Shown here one piece after another: positions 17,443 through 24,827 of a stretch of DNA of 39,248 bases (positions are counted from its first letter, which is position 1; each line of letters opens with the position of its first letter). A program made the position numbers and the translations under genes. Source of the stretch: an uncultured Bacilli bacterium (lineage in GTDB: Bacteria; Bacillota_I; Bacilli_A; RF39; UBA660). The stretch lies in contig CANRIE010000002.1 in the NCBI GenBank assembly GCA_947630585.1, positions 1-39,248 on the forward strand, given 5' to 3'. The notes beneath the pieces were generated by a model. That model had not been told where the DNA came from and did not search any database. It saw only the letters and a list, made by a program, of their open reading frames with translations.

Positions 17443-17471
17443 ATGATATCATGTTTAATTAGTTTTGACAA
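17443..17471 (-). promoter_or_regulatory. Putative promoter of the sORF cassette (paralog 1)
   Basis: On the minus strand: TTGTCA, a 17-nt spacer and TGaTATCAT (extended -10). The TGATAT(C/G)AT element is conserved in all three cassettes. Confidence 0.45.
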
Positions 17472-17504
17472 CTACTAATTTTTTATAATTTACATTATTA
17501 TAAT

Positions 17505-18023
17505 TTAGATAATTTCTTTTTTAATCTTATATTTCTTTTTTAATATTTCTCTAGTTCTTGCAAATATTTCATCTTTATATTCTTTATATTTATCTCCAAT
17601 TTCAAAAGCTGATTTAAATATATCATCAACTGATGTATTTGCATTTTCTAAAATATAATTTTGAAAACATTCAAATCCAAATATATTAGCAATTCCTTCA
17701 ATTATAGCATCTTTTTTATAATTTACATCACCTTGCATAGCCATATATATCTTTTTAACTTTAATATAATCAGCATCACTTAACAAAATATAATTTTTCT
17801 TATTAGGATCCAAATTAATATATTCTTCTAAATAATCATCTCCATCAGGAAAGCATTTAACTATTTTTTCAAACTTTCCATGTTTTAATGGAATAAATAA
17901 AAGTTCTACTCCCCAATATTCAAAGTTTAGTTTTGTTGCTAAACCTTGTAAAGTCTCATTTCTTTTCCAAAGTTTATTTTTTGGAATTTCAAAAAGCTCA
18001 TTGCCATTTGTAACTACTATCAT
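17505..18023 (-). CDS. Hypothetical cytoplasmic protein (172 aa)
   Basis: A long ORF in an AT-rich context with a GGGAGG-like RBS (TTGGGAGGTTTTT). I could not recognise a family. Confidence 0.5.
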   Translation of the reverse strand: MIVVTNGNELFEIPKNKLWKRNETLQGLATKLNFEYWGVELLFIPLKHGKFEKIVKCFPDGDDYLEEYINLDPNKKNYILLSDADYIKVKKIYMAMQGDVNYKKDAIIEGIANIFGFECFQNYILENANTSVDDIFKSAFEIGDKYKEYKDEIFARTREILKKKYKIKKEII

Positions 18024-18182
18024 AAAAACCTCCCAAAATAGTATATTAAATATACATTTTTAAATAAAATATCATAATAATTGAATTATAGCAAATGTCA
18101 AATTTAAAGTCAACCGATATCCGTGGATATTTTAGAAATTTTTTTGTTAAAATTTTTTTTAGATTATATAGGAGATGGAATT

Positions 18183-18422
18183 ATGCTGTATAAAGAAGCG
18201 GTTAGTAAAAGAATAATTGAGTTATGTACAATCTACGACTATACCCCAAATCGTCTAGCAGAATTATCTGCTGTTCCCCCATCAACCTTAAGAGCTTTAA
18301 TTATTTGTACCGTTGATAATCCAAGTTCTTATGTAATATTTAAAATCTGTAGGACTTTAAAAATTGAACAACAAGAATTTTTTAATTCAAGTTTATTTGA
18401 TGAAGATAATATTGATAATTAA
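18183..18422 (+). CDS. Small XRE-type HTH protein
   Basis: The start is taken at the ATG after the GGAGATGG RBS. The sequence is LYKEAVSKRIIELCTIYDYTPNRLAELSAVPPSTLRALI, and a hairpin with T-run follows (AAGAGA...TCTCTT at about 18424-18456). Confidence 0.6.
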   Translation: MLYKEAVSKRIIELCTIYDYTPNRLAELSAVPPSTLRALIICTVDNPSSYVIFKICRTLKIEQQEFFNSSLFDEDNIDN

Positions 18423-18494
18423 AAAGAGACTTAATTTTTGAAAAAATCTCTTTTTCTTATATCTTTAATTATAATAAATAGCACATAGAAAAAT

Positions 18495-18517
18495 AAAAAT
18501 CCTTATAAAATAAGGAT
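18495..18517 (-). terminator. Terminator after tRNA-Ser
   Basis: Stem ATCCTTAT / ATAAGGAT with a 3-nt loop is followed by TTTTATTT on the minus strand. Confidence 0.5.
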
Positions 18518-18528
18518 AATTAACATTA

Positions 18529-18621
18529 TGGCGGAGCGGGAGGGATTTGAACCCTCGCACCAGTTTAACCCGATCTACTCCCTTAGCAGGGGAGCCTCTT
18601 CAGCCTCTTGAGTACCACTCC
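18529..18621 (-). tRNA. tRNA-Ser (anticodon GCU), class II with long variable arm, CCA encoded
   Basis: The acceptor stem is GGAGTGG/CCGCTCC with G73 and CCA. The anticodon stem CTCCC/GGGAG carries the loop CTGCTAA. The T arm is GAGGG-TTCAAAT-CCCTC, with a long extra arm. Confidence 0.85.
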
Positions 18622-18746
18622 AAATGAGAACATATTAATAATATCAAAAGTTCGGCTAATTGTCAATTTAATTTCAAAAATTTTTATCACTTTTTTTAGT
18701 TTACACTAAAAATTAAAAAATATGCATTAAGATTACTCCTAATGCA

Positions 18747-19091
18747 TTAATTTAAAACTTTTTGAATTTTTGAGATTGATTTAGGAATTGACCTAATAAT
18801 TTTTTTGTATAATTGAGGTTTATTTTTCAATTCTTTAAGTAATTCAAGGTCACTTTTATTAATTCGAAGATCTTTAACTTGCTCAGGATTATAAGGTTCA
18901 ATCCCAACAAGATAGTCAATACTTACTTTAAAATAAACTGACAATGAAATTAGCATTTCAACTGATGGTTGCCTCGTTCCACTTTCATAACATGATATAC
19001 ATGACTTAGTGACACCTAAAATATAACCTAAATCATCTTGAGTCAATCCTTTCTCAAATCTCAATAATTTCAATTTTTCGCCAAAGCGCAT
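18747..19091 (-). CDS. XRE-family HTH transcriptional regulator
   Basis: MRFGEKLKLLRFEKGLTQDDLGYILGVTKSCISCYESGTRQPSVEMLISLSVYFKVSIDYLVG is a canonical Cro/C1-type HTH. The terminator hairpin ATGCATTA/TAATGCAT overlaps the stop. Confidence 0.8.
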   Translation of the reverse strand: MRFGEKLKLLRFEKGLTQDDLGYILGVTKSCISCYESGTRQPSVEMLISLSVYFKVSIDYLVGIEPYNPEQVKDLRINKSDLELLKELKNKPQLYKKIIRSIPKSISKIQKVLN

Positions 19092-19168
19092 ATCATCACT
19101 CCAAATAGTATTTTAACTTATATTTCTAAATTAGTAAATACTATTTTGCCCCTCTTTATAAGTTTTTT

Positions 19169-19528
19169 TTAACATCCAGCTTCTAATTCTATTAATTGTT
19201 CTTTATTTTTAGCTGTTGTTAAAAAAGTAAGACTTTCAACAACTACATCAATAGCTTTACGTTTGGTTCCATCATCTTTTTCAAAAGATTCAATTTGAAT
19301 TCTTCCTCGAACACCAATTAAATCGCCTTTTTTGCAATATTCATTGACATTAACGGCAAAGTTATTCCATAAAACGCAATCTATAAAGTCCGTATGATAA
19401 ATTCCATCACTGCTTTTAAATTTCCTATTAACAGCTAAAGTTATTCGGGAAATTTTTTTACCATTTTCACATTCAACAATCTCAGGATCGCGAACTAATC
19501 TCCCGATTAACATTACAACATTAACCAT
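19169..19528 (-). CDS. ssb: Single-stranded DNA-binding protein (OB fold) without an acidic C-terminal tail
   Basis: VNVVMLIGRLVRDPE...GKKISRITLAVNR...DFIDCVLWNNFAVNVNEYCKKGDLIGVRGRIQ shows the typical SSB pattern. At 119 aa it ends ...IELEAGC rather than with a DDDxPF-type tail. Confidence 0.7.
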   Translation of the reverse strand: MVNVVMLIGRLVRDPEIVECENGKKISRITLAVNRKFKSSDGIYHTDFIDCVLWNNFAVNVNEYCKKGDLIGVRGRIQIESFEKDDGTKRKAIDVVVESLTFLTTAKNKEQLIELEAGC

Positions 19529-19734
19529 ACAAAACCTCCTTTCGCGTTAACTATACTAAAGTTTTTTTGTAATCGTCAAAGTCCGGGTTTTCGAGAGAAT
19601 TTTAAGTTTTCAAAATATTTTAGGCTAAAATTTAAAATTTGCTCTTAGGGAAAAATGTGAATTTAAACAAAAAAAATTCTTAAATTATTATTTTTTAAGA
19701 ATTTCTAATTGACTAAATTTGACAGATATTTTTT

Positions 19735-21099
19735 TTATAAGACTTGTTTTATTAACCGATTTAACTCAACAGCATATTCAACTGGTAGTTCTTCTTTAAA
19801 TTTATCAATGAAACCTAAGATAATTAACTCCATGGCTTTTTCGTATGGTATTCCTCTACTCATCAAATAAAACAAAGTTTCTTCATTTACTTTTGAGGTT
19901 GTTGCTTCATGATATAAATTACTACTAGAATTACGATTAATATTAACAGGATAAGTATCACTTTTACTTTTACTATCAAGAATTAAAGTATCACATTTTA
20001 AACTTGCTTCACTGTTTAATGCCGATTCTTTTATATCGATTTTTCCTCGATAAGTTGCATTTCCTCCATTTGTTGCTATACTTTTAGAAATAATTTTACT
20101 TTTCGTGTTTTTTCCTATATGAATCATTCTGCTTCCTGTATCTTGAAATTGACCGTTTCCTGCCATACTAACAGTTATACAAGTACCACTTGCATTATCA
20201 CCTTTTAATATACAAGCCGGATATTTCATAGTATTTAAACTGCCAACATTCCCATCAATCCATTCCATAATGCCATTTTCTAAAACTAATGCTCTTTTCG
20301 TTACTAAATTATTAACGTTAACTGCCCAATTCTGAATTGTTGAATAACGACATTTACTATTTTTACCAACAAATATTTCAACTACGGCTGCATGTAAACT
20401 AGAATCACTATAACTTGGAGCCGTACATCCTTCAATATAATGAAGACTACTATTATCAGAAACAATAATTAAAGTTCTTTCAAATTGCCCCATATCTTTA
20501 CTATTAATTCGGAAATAACTTTGTAAAGGTCGCTCTAAAGTAGTATTCTCAGGAACATAAATAAAGCTTCCTCCCGAAAAAACAGAAGAATTAAGTGCAG
20601 CAAACTTATTATCATTACTTGGTACTAATTTACCAAAATATTTCTTAACTAACTCTGGATACTTCTTTATTGCTTCATCAATAGATGTAAAGATAACATT
20701 CTTACTTTCAAGTTCTTTTAACATATTATGATAAATTACTTCACTTTCATATTGAATTCCCATTCCATCTAAATTAGCTTCACTCTCAATTACTCCCAGT
20801 GGTTTAAATTCATCTTGAATTTTCTTGTTAACCATTTTCCAATCATTCTTAATACTATCTTGAACACTCTTAAAATAAATTATCTTATCATAATCTATTT
20901 TATATTTAGGTCCAAAATCTGGATCTTTTAACTTTAAGAACTCTTGATAAGCCTTAACTCTATAATTTAAAAAATATTCATCCTCATTCTTATACTTAGA
21001 TATTTTTTTAATATTATCTAAGTTTAATCCCCTAACTTCTATTTTAATCACCTTATTTCTTACTATTTTTCTTTTTAATAGTTTCAATCTTGTTATCAA
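19735..21099 (-). CDS. sufB: Fe-S cluster assembly protein SufB
   Basis: Signatures present are SRMIHIGKNTKSKIISKSIATNGGNATYRGKIDI and HEATTSKVNEETLFYLMSRGIPYEKAMELIILGF. The start is uncertain: the annotated ATG overlaps the upstream gene by 47 nt. The terminator hairpin AAATTCTTAAA/TTTAAGAATTT plus a T-run lies at about 19670-19710. Confidence 0.85.
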   Translation of the reverse strand: MITRLKLLKRKIVRNKVIKIEVRGLNLDNIKKISKYKNEDEYFLNYRVKAYQEFLKLKDPDFGPKYKIDYDKIIYFKSVQDSIKNDWKMVNKKIQDEFKPLGVIESEANLDGMGIQYESEVIYHNMLKELESKNVIFTSIDEAIKKYPELVKKYFGKLVPSNDNKFAALNSSVFSGGSFIYVPENTTLERPLQSYFRINSKDMGQFERTLIIVSDNSSLHYIEGCTAPSYSDSSLHAAVVEIFVGKNSKCRYSTIQNWAVNVNNLVTKRALVLENGIMEWIDGNVGSLNTMKYPACILKGDNASGTCITVSMAGNGQFQDTGSRMIHIGKNTKSKIISKSIATNGGNATYRGKIDIKESALNSEASLKCDTLILDSKSKSDTYPVNINRNSSSNLYHEATTSKVNEETLFYLMSRGIPYEKAMELIILGFIDKFKEELPVEYAVELNRLIKQVL

Positions 21100-22153
21100 T
21101 CGTTTTATTTTTATTTACATTATCTTTTTTGTTTACATCTTTTTTAACCTTAGCAACTTCTTTCTTTAAACTTTCTTTTTCTTTTTCAAGACTACTATTA
21201 CTTTTCTTTTTAACTTCATTTTTTTCTTTATTAGTTTCTTTTTTTATTTTTTTCTTAGGTATATATTCTTCTTCTTTCCTTACTTTCTCTTTTTCTTTCT
21301 CTTTAATTTCCTTAATCTTACCTTTAACCATTGCTTCACTTATTATTAAATCAAATATAAATGTTACTATTAATAATATTATAAAAGTTAAAATAATTGT
21401 TAATATTAAATTCCATAAATTATTATCAAATATAACTAACATATCTAAAGTCTTAGTTTCATAAAAAGATATAAAATCTAAAATTGTAAATATTATTGTA
21501 AATAACAAAGCTTCTTTTAAATATATAAACTTTCTTTTTCTTTTACCATTTTTAATATCAGAAATTGGTAATATTTTCCCAGTTAAGCTTTTTAAAATAA
21601 CTTCTTCTTTTTTATTTTTATCTTTCTTATTATCTTTTTCTACTTTAACTTTATCATTTTTCTTTTTTAAAGATACTTTTTTCCTATTCTTAAACTTATT
21701 TTTAATTTTAATTATAAATAATTTAATATTACCAAATATTTTTTTAATACCTAACCCAAACTTAATTCCTAAATTTTTAATTATTGACCCTAACTTTAAA
21801 AAGAATTTCTTTATTTTAACTAAAAGACTATGTAAGAATACTTTTATTTTATTAGAAATTTTTTTATTTTCAATTTCTATTTCTTTTTTTTGAATTTTAA
21901 TTTCTTGTTTTTTCTTTTTATTTTCTTGTTTTTTTATTTCTTGTTCTTCTTTTTTCTTAGTATCCTGATTTATTTTCTTTTGAACTTTTTGATAATTGCT
22001 TTTTTTAACAGGAGTATTACTTTGATTTTTAGTAGTTTTTTTATTCTTACTATTATTAGTCTTTTTAGGAGTATTTTTAGAATTTGTTTTCTTTTTAGGA
22101 TTATTATTAGTCTTTTTTGGATTTTTATTAACCTCTTTTAAAGCATTTGCCAT
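21053..22153 (-). CDS. Extremely Lys-rich membrane protein with low-complexity tails flanking two TM helices
   Basis: The start is taken at MANALKEV after the GGGAGTGA RBS. Long K/N/E/T low-complexity stretches flank the TM segments LLFTIIFTILDFISFY and LILTIILTFIILLIVTFIFDLII. Confidence 0.6.
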   Translation of the reverse strand: MANALKEVNKNPKKTNNNPKKKTNSKNTPKKTNNSKNKKTTKNQSNTPVKKSNYQKVQKKINQDTKKKEEQEIKKQENKKKKQEIKIQKKEIEIENKKISNKIKVFLHSLLVKIKKFFLKLGSIIKNLGIKFGLGIKKIFGNIKLFIIKIKNKFKNRKKVSLKKKNDKVKVEKDNKKDKNKKEEVILKSLTGKILPISDIKNGKRKRKFIYLKEALLFTIIFTILDFISFYETKTLDMLVIFDNNLWNLILTIILTFIILLIVTFIFDLIISEAMVKGKIKEIKEKEKEKVRKEEEYIPKKKIKKETNKEKNEVKKKSNSSLEKEKESLKKEVAKVKKDVNKKDNVNKNKTIDNKIETIKKKNSKK

Positions 22154-22238
22154 ATTATCACTCCCAACACGTAATATTATATAAAAAAAAATAATAATTG
22201 ACAAGTGAAAAAAATAATGTTAAACTAATTATTGTGTT

Positions 22239-22312
22239 AGGGGATTAGTTTAATGGTAAAATAGGGGTCTCCAAAACCTTAGATGGGAGTTCGATTCTCT
22301 CATCCCCTGCCA
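22239..22312 (+). tRNA. tRNA-Trp (anticodon CCA), CCA encoded
   Basis: The acceptor stem is AGGGGAT/ATCCCCT with G73 and CCA. The anticodon loop is CTCCAAA and the T arm is GGGAG-TTCGATT-CTCTC. Confidence 0.85.
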
Positions 22313-22344
22313 ATAAGTGTTTAATCCATATATTAATCTATCAG

Positions 22345-22374
22345 AAAAAAATTGATTAATTTCAATTTTTTTTT
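22345..22374. terminator. Bidirectional terminator between tRNA-Trp and the collagen-like operon
   Basis: Stem AAATTGA / TCAATTT is flanked by an A-run and a long T-run. Confidence 0.5.
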
Positions 22375-22413
22375 ATTATTAATTTTTCACTACTAATATA
22401 TGAATAGTTTTAA

Positions 22414-22908
22414 TTAATTATTATTTATTTTTTTAACAGTTAAGGTTGCATTAACTCCACTACTTAGATTTACTCCTAATGAGACTAGTGCCGAAAGTGC
22501 CATATCAATTACATTGCCACTACTTAAATTAACAATTGTACTACCACTATAAACGGAACTGGTTCCAACTGATAAGACTCTGGAAATGACAGTTGAGGGG
22601 ATATTCGTTCCGTTATTTCTAACTGCAAGAGTTAACGTAGTTCCAACTGATGCTGAGACATTTAAAAAGTAATTTATTTCATAAACACCTGTTTGGTTTA
22701 TCGTGATACTATTGTTAGTTGTATAGCTAGTGTTCGAGCCTGGCATCGTTGTTGGAAGAGGGATTTGACTTTGGGTTAGTATTCCTAGGTTAAGAGTACT
22801 AGCTGTATTGTTGAAACGTCCTCCATAGGCTTGAAGTCCCCCAGCGGGGCCCGCAGGGCCAGTTGGCCCTTGGGGAATAACAAAATTTAGAGTATACCCT
22901 GAATTCAT
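22414..22908 (-). CDS. BclA-like protein: short collagen-like repeat plus C1q/TNF-like beta-sandwich C-terminal domain
   Basis: It has an AGGAG RBS. The N-terminus is [19 protein letters not shown] (GXY repeats), followed by a ~135-aa Ser/Thr/Asn/Val-rich domain with the BclA C-terminal pattern (GVYEINYFLNVS...LAVRNNGTNI...LSSGNVIDMAL...ATLTVKKI). Confidence 0.7.
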   Translation of the reverse strand: MNSGYTLNFVIPQGPTGPAGPAGGLQAYGGRFNNTASTLNLGILTQSQIPLPTTMPGSNTSYTTNNSITINQTGVYEINYFLNVSASVGTTLTLAVRNNGTNIPSTVISRVLSVGTSSVYSGSTIVNLSSGNVIDMALSALVSLGVNLSSGVNATLTVKKINNN

Positions 22909-22916
22909 AGAAACTC

Positions 22917-23162
22917 CTAGTTAGTAGTTGGAGTTATTGTAACACTTGCGTTAGTTCCGGGAGCACCGGTTGTAACTGTTCCAATTGTAAGAGTTGGAGC
23001 TGGTCCGGTTGCACCCGTTGCCCCAGTTGCTCCTGTTGCGCCTGTTGCGCCTGTAGCACCTGCTGGTCCTTGAATTCCTTGGGCACCACTAGCGCCAGCT
23101 GGCCCGGTTGGGCCTTGAGGTATAACAAAATCAATAACATAGCTTTTCGCATTTTCATTCAT
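22917..23162 (-). CDS. Collagen-like repeat protein (GXY with a (GAT)6 run)
   Basis: It has an AAGGAGA RBS. The sequence is [47 protein letters not shown] followed by [21 protein letters not shown]. The region is locally GC-rich. Confidence 0.7.
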   Translation of the reverse strand: MNENAKSYVIDFVIPQGPTGPAGASGAQGIQGPAGATGATGATGATGATGATGPAPTLTIGTVTTGAPGTNASVTITPTTN

Positions 23163-23176
23163 AATTAATCATCTCC

Positions 23177-23386
23177 TTAAATAGATTTAGTAGTTATTTC
23201 ATTTCTACTATTAACTTGGCGGATAAAAACCATGGCTTGGCTTCCGGGAACACCCGTTACAACTTCACCAATTGCTAAGCTAGGCGTATCTCCTTCATCC
23301 CCTTTAGGTCCCGTTGGCCCCGTGGGTCCTGCAAAACTACTGCCAATAATATAATAACTATTTGGACATGGGCATTTATTGTTCAT
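23177..23386 (-). CDS. Small collagen-like repeat protein
   Basis: NNKCPCPNSYYIIGSSFAGPTGPTGPKGDEGD is followed by PSLAIGEVVTGVPGSQAMV, the same post-collagen motif as the neighbouring gene. The start is taken at the ATG about 10 nt after the GGAAGGA RBS. Confidence 0.6.
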   Translation of the reverse strand: MNNKCPCPNSYYIIGSSFAGPTGPTGPKGDEGDTPSLAIGEVVTGVPGSQAMVFIRQVNSRNEITTKSI

Positions 23387-23578
23387 ATTCACCATTTCCT
23401 TCCTATACTTTAAAATCTATTTCATTATAATATATGTCATTTTATTTATAATGTCCAATATTCCTATTACCATATTTTGGAAATTTGTTCATATATTGCT
23501 TCAATTAATCGTATTACGGGGGCAAAAAGTGCAAATATATCAATATAATGAGACAATTATATTGGTGGTGAAATTATA

Positions 23579-24040
23579 ATGAATTTTTCAAAATTATCGT
23601 TATTAAGAATAAAAAAAGGATTGAGTCAAAGAGAACTAGCTAAAATTATTGGCGTTGCTAAATCTACTTATGCTCGTTGGGAAACCCAAGAAGATATAAT
23701 TCCTCTTTGGCATATAGTTAAATATTGTAATTATTTTAAAGTTTCAATTGACTATCTTTTAGGTGTCAGTGATTATAATACTTATAGTAATTATGATTAT
23801 ACAAGAACAATTGATAAAAAAATAATTGGAAATAATATAAAGTATTTAAGAAAGCAACATAATTTAACGCAAAGAGATTTGGCTTTATTGTTAAATACCT
23901 CTCAATCAACAATATGTGCTTATGAAAGTGGGAAAACCCTAATTCTAACTGCTTTTGCTTATGCCCTTTCTAAAACTTTCAATGAATCAATTGATGATAT
24001 ATGTGGTCTTAATAAGAAAGGTGTTAATATTCAAAGTTAA
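23579..24040 (+). CDS. XRE-family regulator with two tandem HTH domains
   Basis: The two HTH units are LRIKKGLSQRELAKIIGVAKSTYARWE...VSIDYLLGVSD and LRKQHNLTQRDLALLLNTSQSTICAYESG. It is divergent from the collagen-like operon. Confidence 0.8.
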   Translation: MNFSKLSLLRIKKGLSQRELAKIIGVAKSTYARWETQEDIIPLWHIVKYCNYFKVSIDYLLGVSDYNTYSNYDYTRTIDKKIIGNNIKYLRKQHNLTQRDLALLLNTSQSTICAYESGKTLILTAFAYALSKTFNESIDDICGLNKKGVNIQS

Positions 24041-24103
24041 TAAAAAATAGACTTTATCTTTAATAATTGTTATAATAATTTTATATTATTAAATGGAGGC
24101 AAT

Positions 24104-24817
24104 ATGAAATTATTAGTAAGTGACTTTGATGGTACCTATTATTTAAATGATTTAGATATTTTAAATAATAATAATTTAATAAAAGAATTTCAAGCTAATG
24201 GCAATTTATTCATGTTATCGTCAGGAAGAAGTTTTAAGTCTTTAAAAGATATGACTAAAAAGTATAATATTCCTTATGATTATTTATCTTGTTCAGATGG
24301 ATCTATTCTTTATGATAAATTTGATAATATTATTATTAAATTTGATTTAGAGCCAAGTATTAAAGACGAATTTTTATCTTTATCTAAATATGCTAATGTT
24401 AGAAAAATCCAACACTCATATCCTTATGATTATTCAGATACTACTTTAAATGATACTTTATTAGGTTTAAATATTGTAATTGATAATCAAAATATAACTG
24501 ATTTATTTTTAGATAAGTATAATGAAATGAAAAATAATTATCCAAATTATGATTTTTTAGTTTATTCTTATAATGACATAACTTATTTTTGTTTAAAGAA
24601 TAAAGGTATTAATAAATCATCAACTATTTTTTCTTTAAAAGATAAACTTGGTTTAATAAATAATAATATTTATACAGTTGGTGATAATGAAAATGATTAT
24701 TATATGTTAAAGTTATTTAATGGTTATTATATTGGTAATCCTAATGATAGAATTAAAAAGATATGTATTTCTGGATATAATAATGTTTCTGAACTTATTC
24801 TCAATATAAAAAATTAG
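24104..24817 (+). CDS. HAD-superfamily (Cof-like, subfamily IIB) hydrolase
   Basis: HAD motif I is LVSDFDGTY, with SSGRS and GDNENDYYMLK also present. A GGAGG RBS precedes the start. Confidence 0.8.
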   Translation: MKLLVSDFDGTYYLNDLDILNNNNLIKEFQANGNLFMLSSGRSFKSLKDMTKKYNIPYDYLSCSDGSILYDKFDNIIIKFDLEPSIKDEFLSLSKYANVRKIQHSYPYDYSDTTLNDTLLGLNIVIDNQNITDLFLDKYNEMKNNYPNYDFLVYSYNDITYFCLKNKGINKSSTIFSLKDKLGLINNNIYTVGDNENDYYMLKLFNGYYIGNPNDRIKKICISGYNNVSELILNIKN

Positions 24818-24827
24818 AACCTGAATT

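Noticed and set aside
21090-22141. Plus-strand ORFs 21090-21464 and 21890-22141 (F/L/S-rich).
   Set aside because: They are antisense to the Lys-rich gene. AAA/AAG runs on one strand give stop-free TTT/CTT runs on the other. There is no RBS and the content is low complexity.
22990-23070. Short tandem repeats that might be a CRISPR or minisatellite.
   Set aside because: These are imperfect 9-nt/3-nt codon repeats encoding (GAT)n within a CDS. There is no spacer-repeat architecture and no cas genes in the window.
22934-23158. A 74-aa ORF in an alternative frame inside the collagen-like gene.
   Set aside because: It overlaps 22917-23162 on the same strand. The GXY frame has the RBS and the collagen periodicity. 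The alternative frame (Q/L-rich) is a by-product of the triplet repeat.
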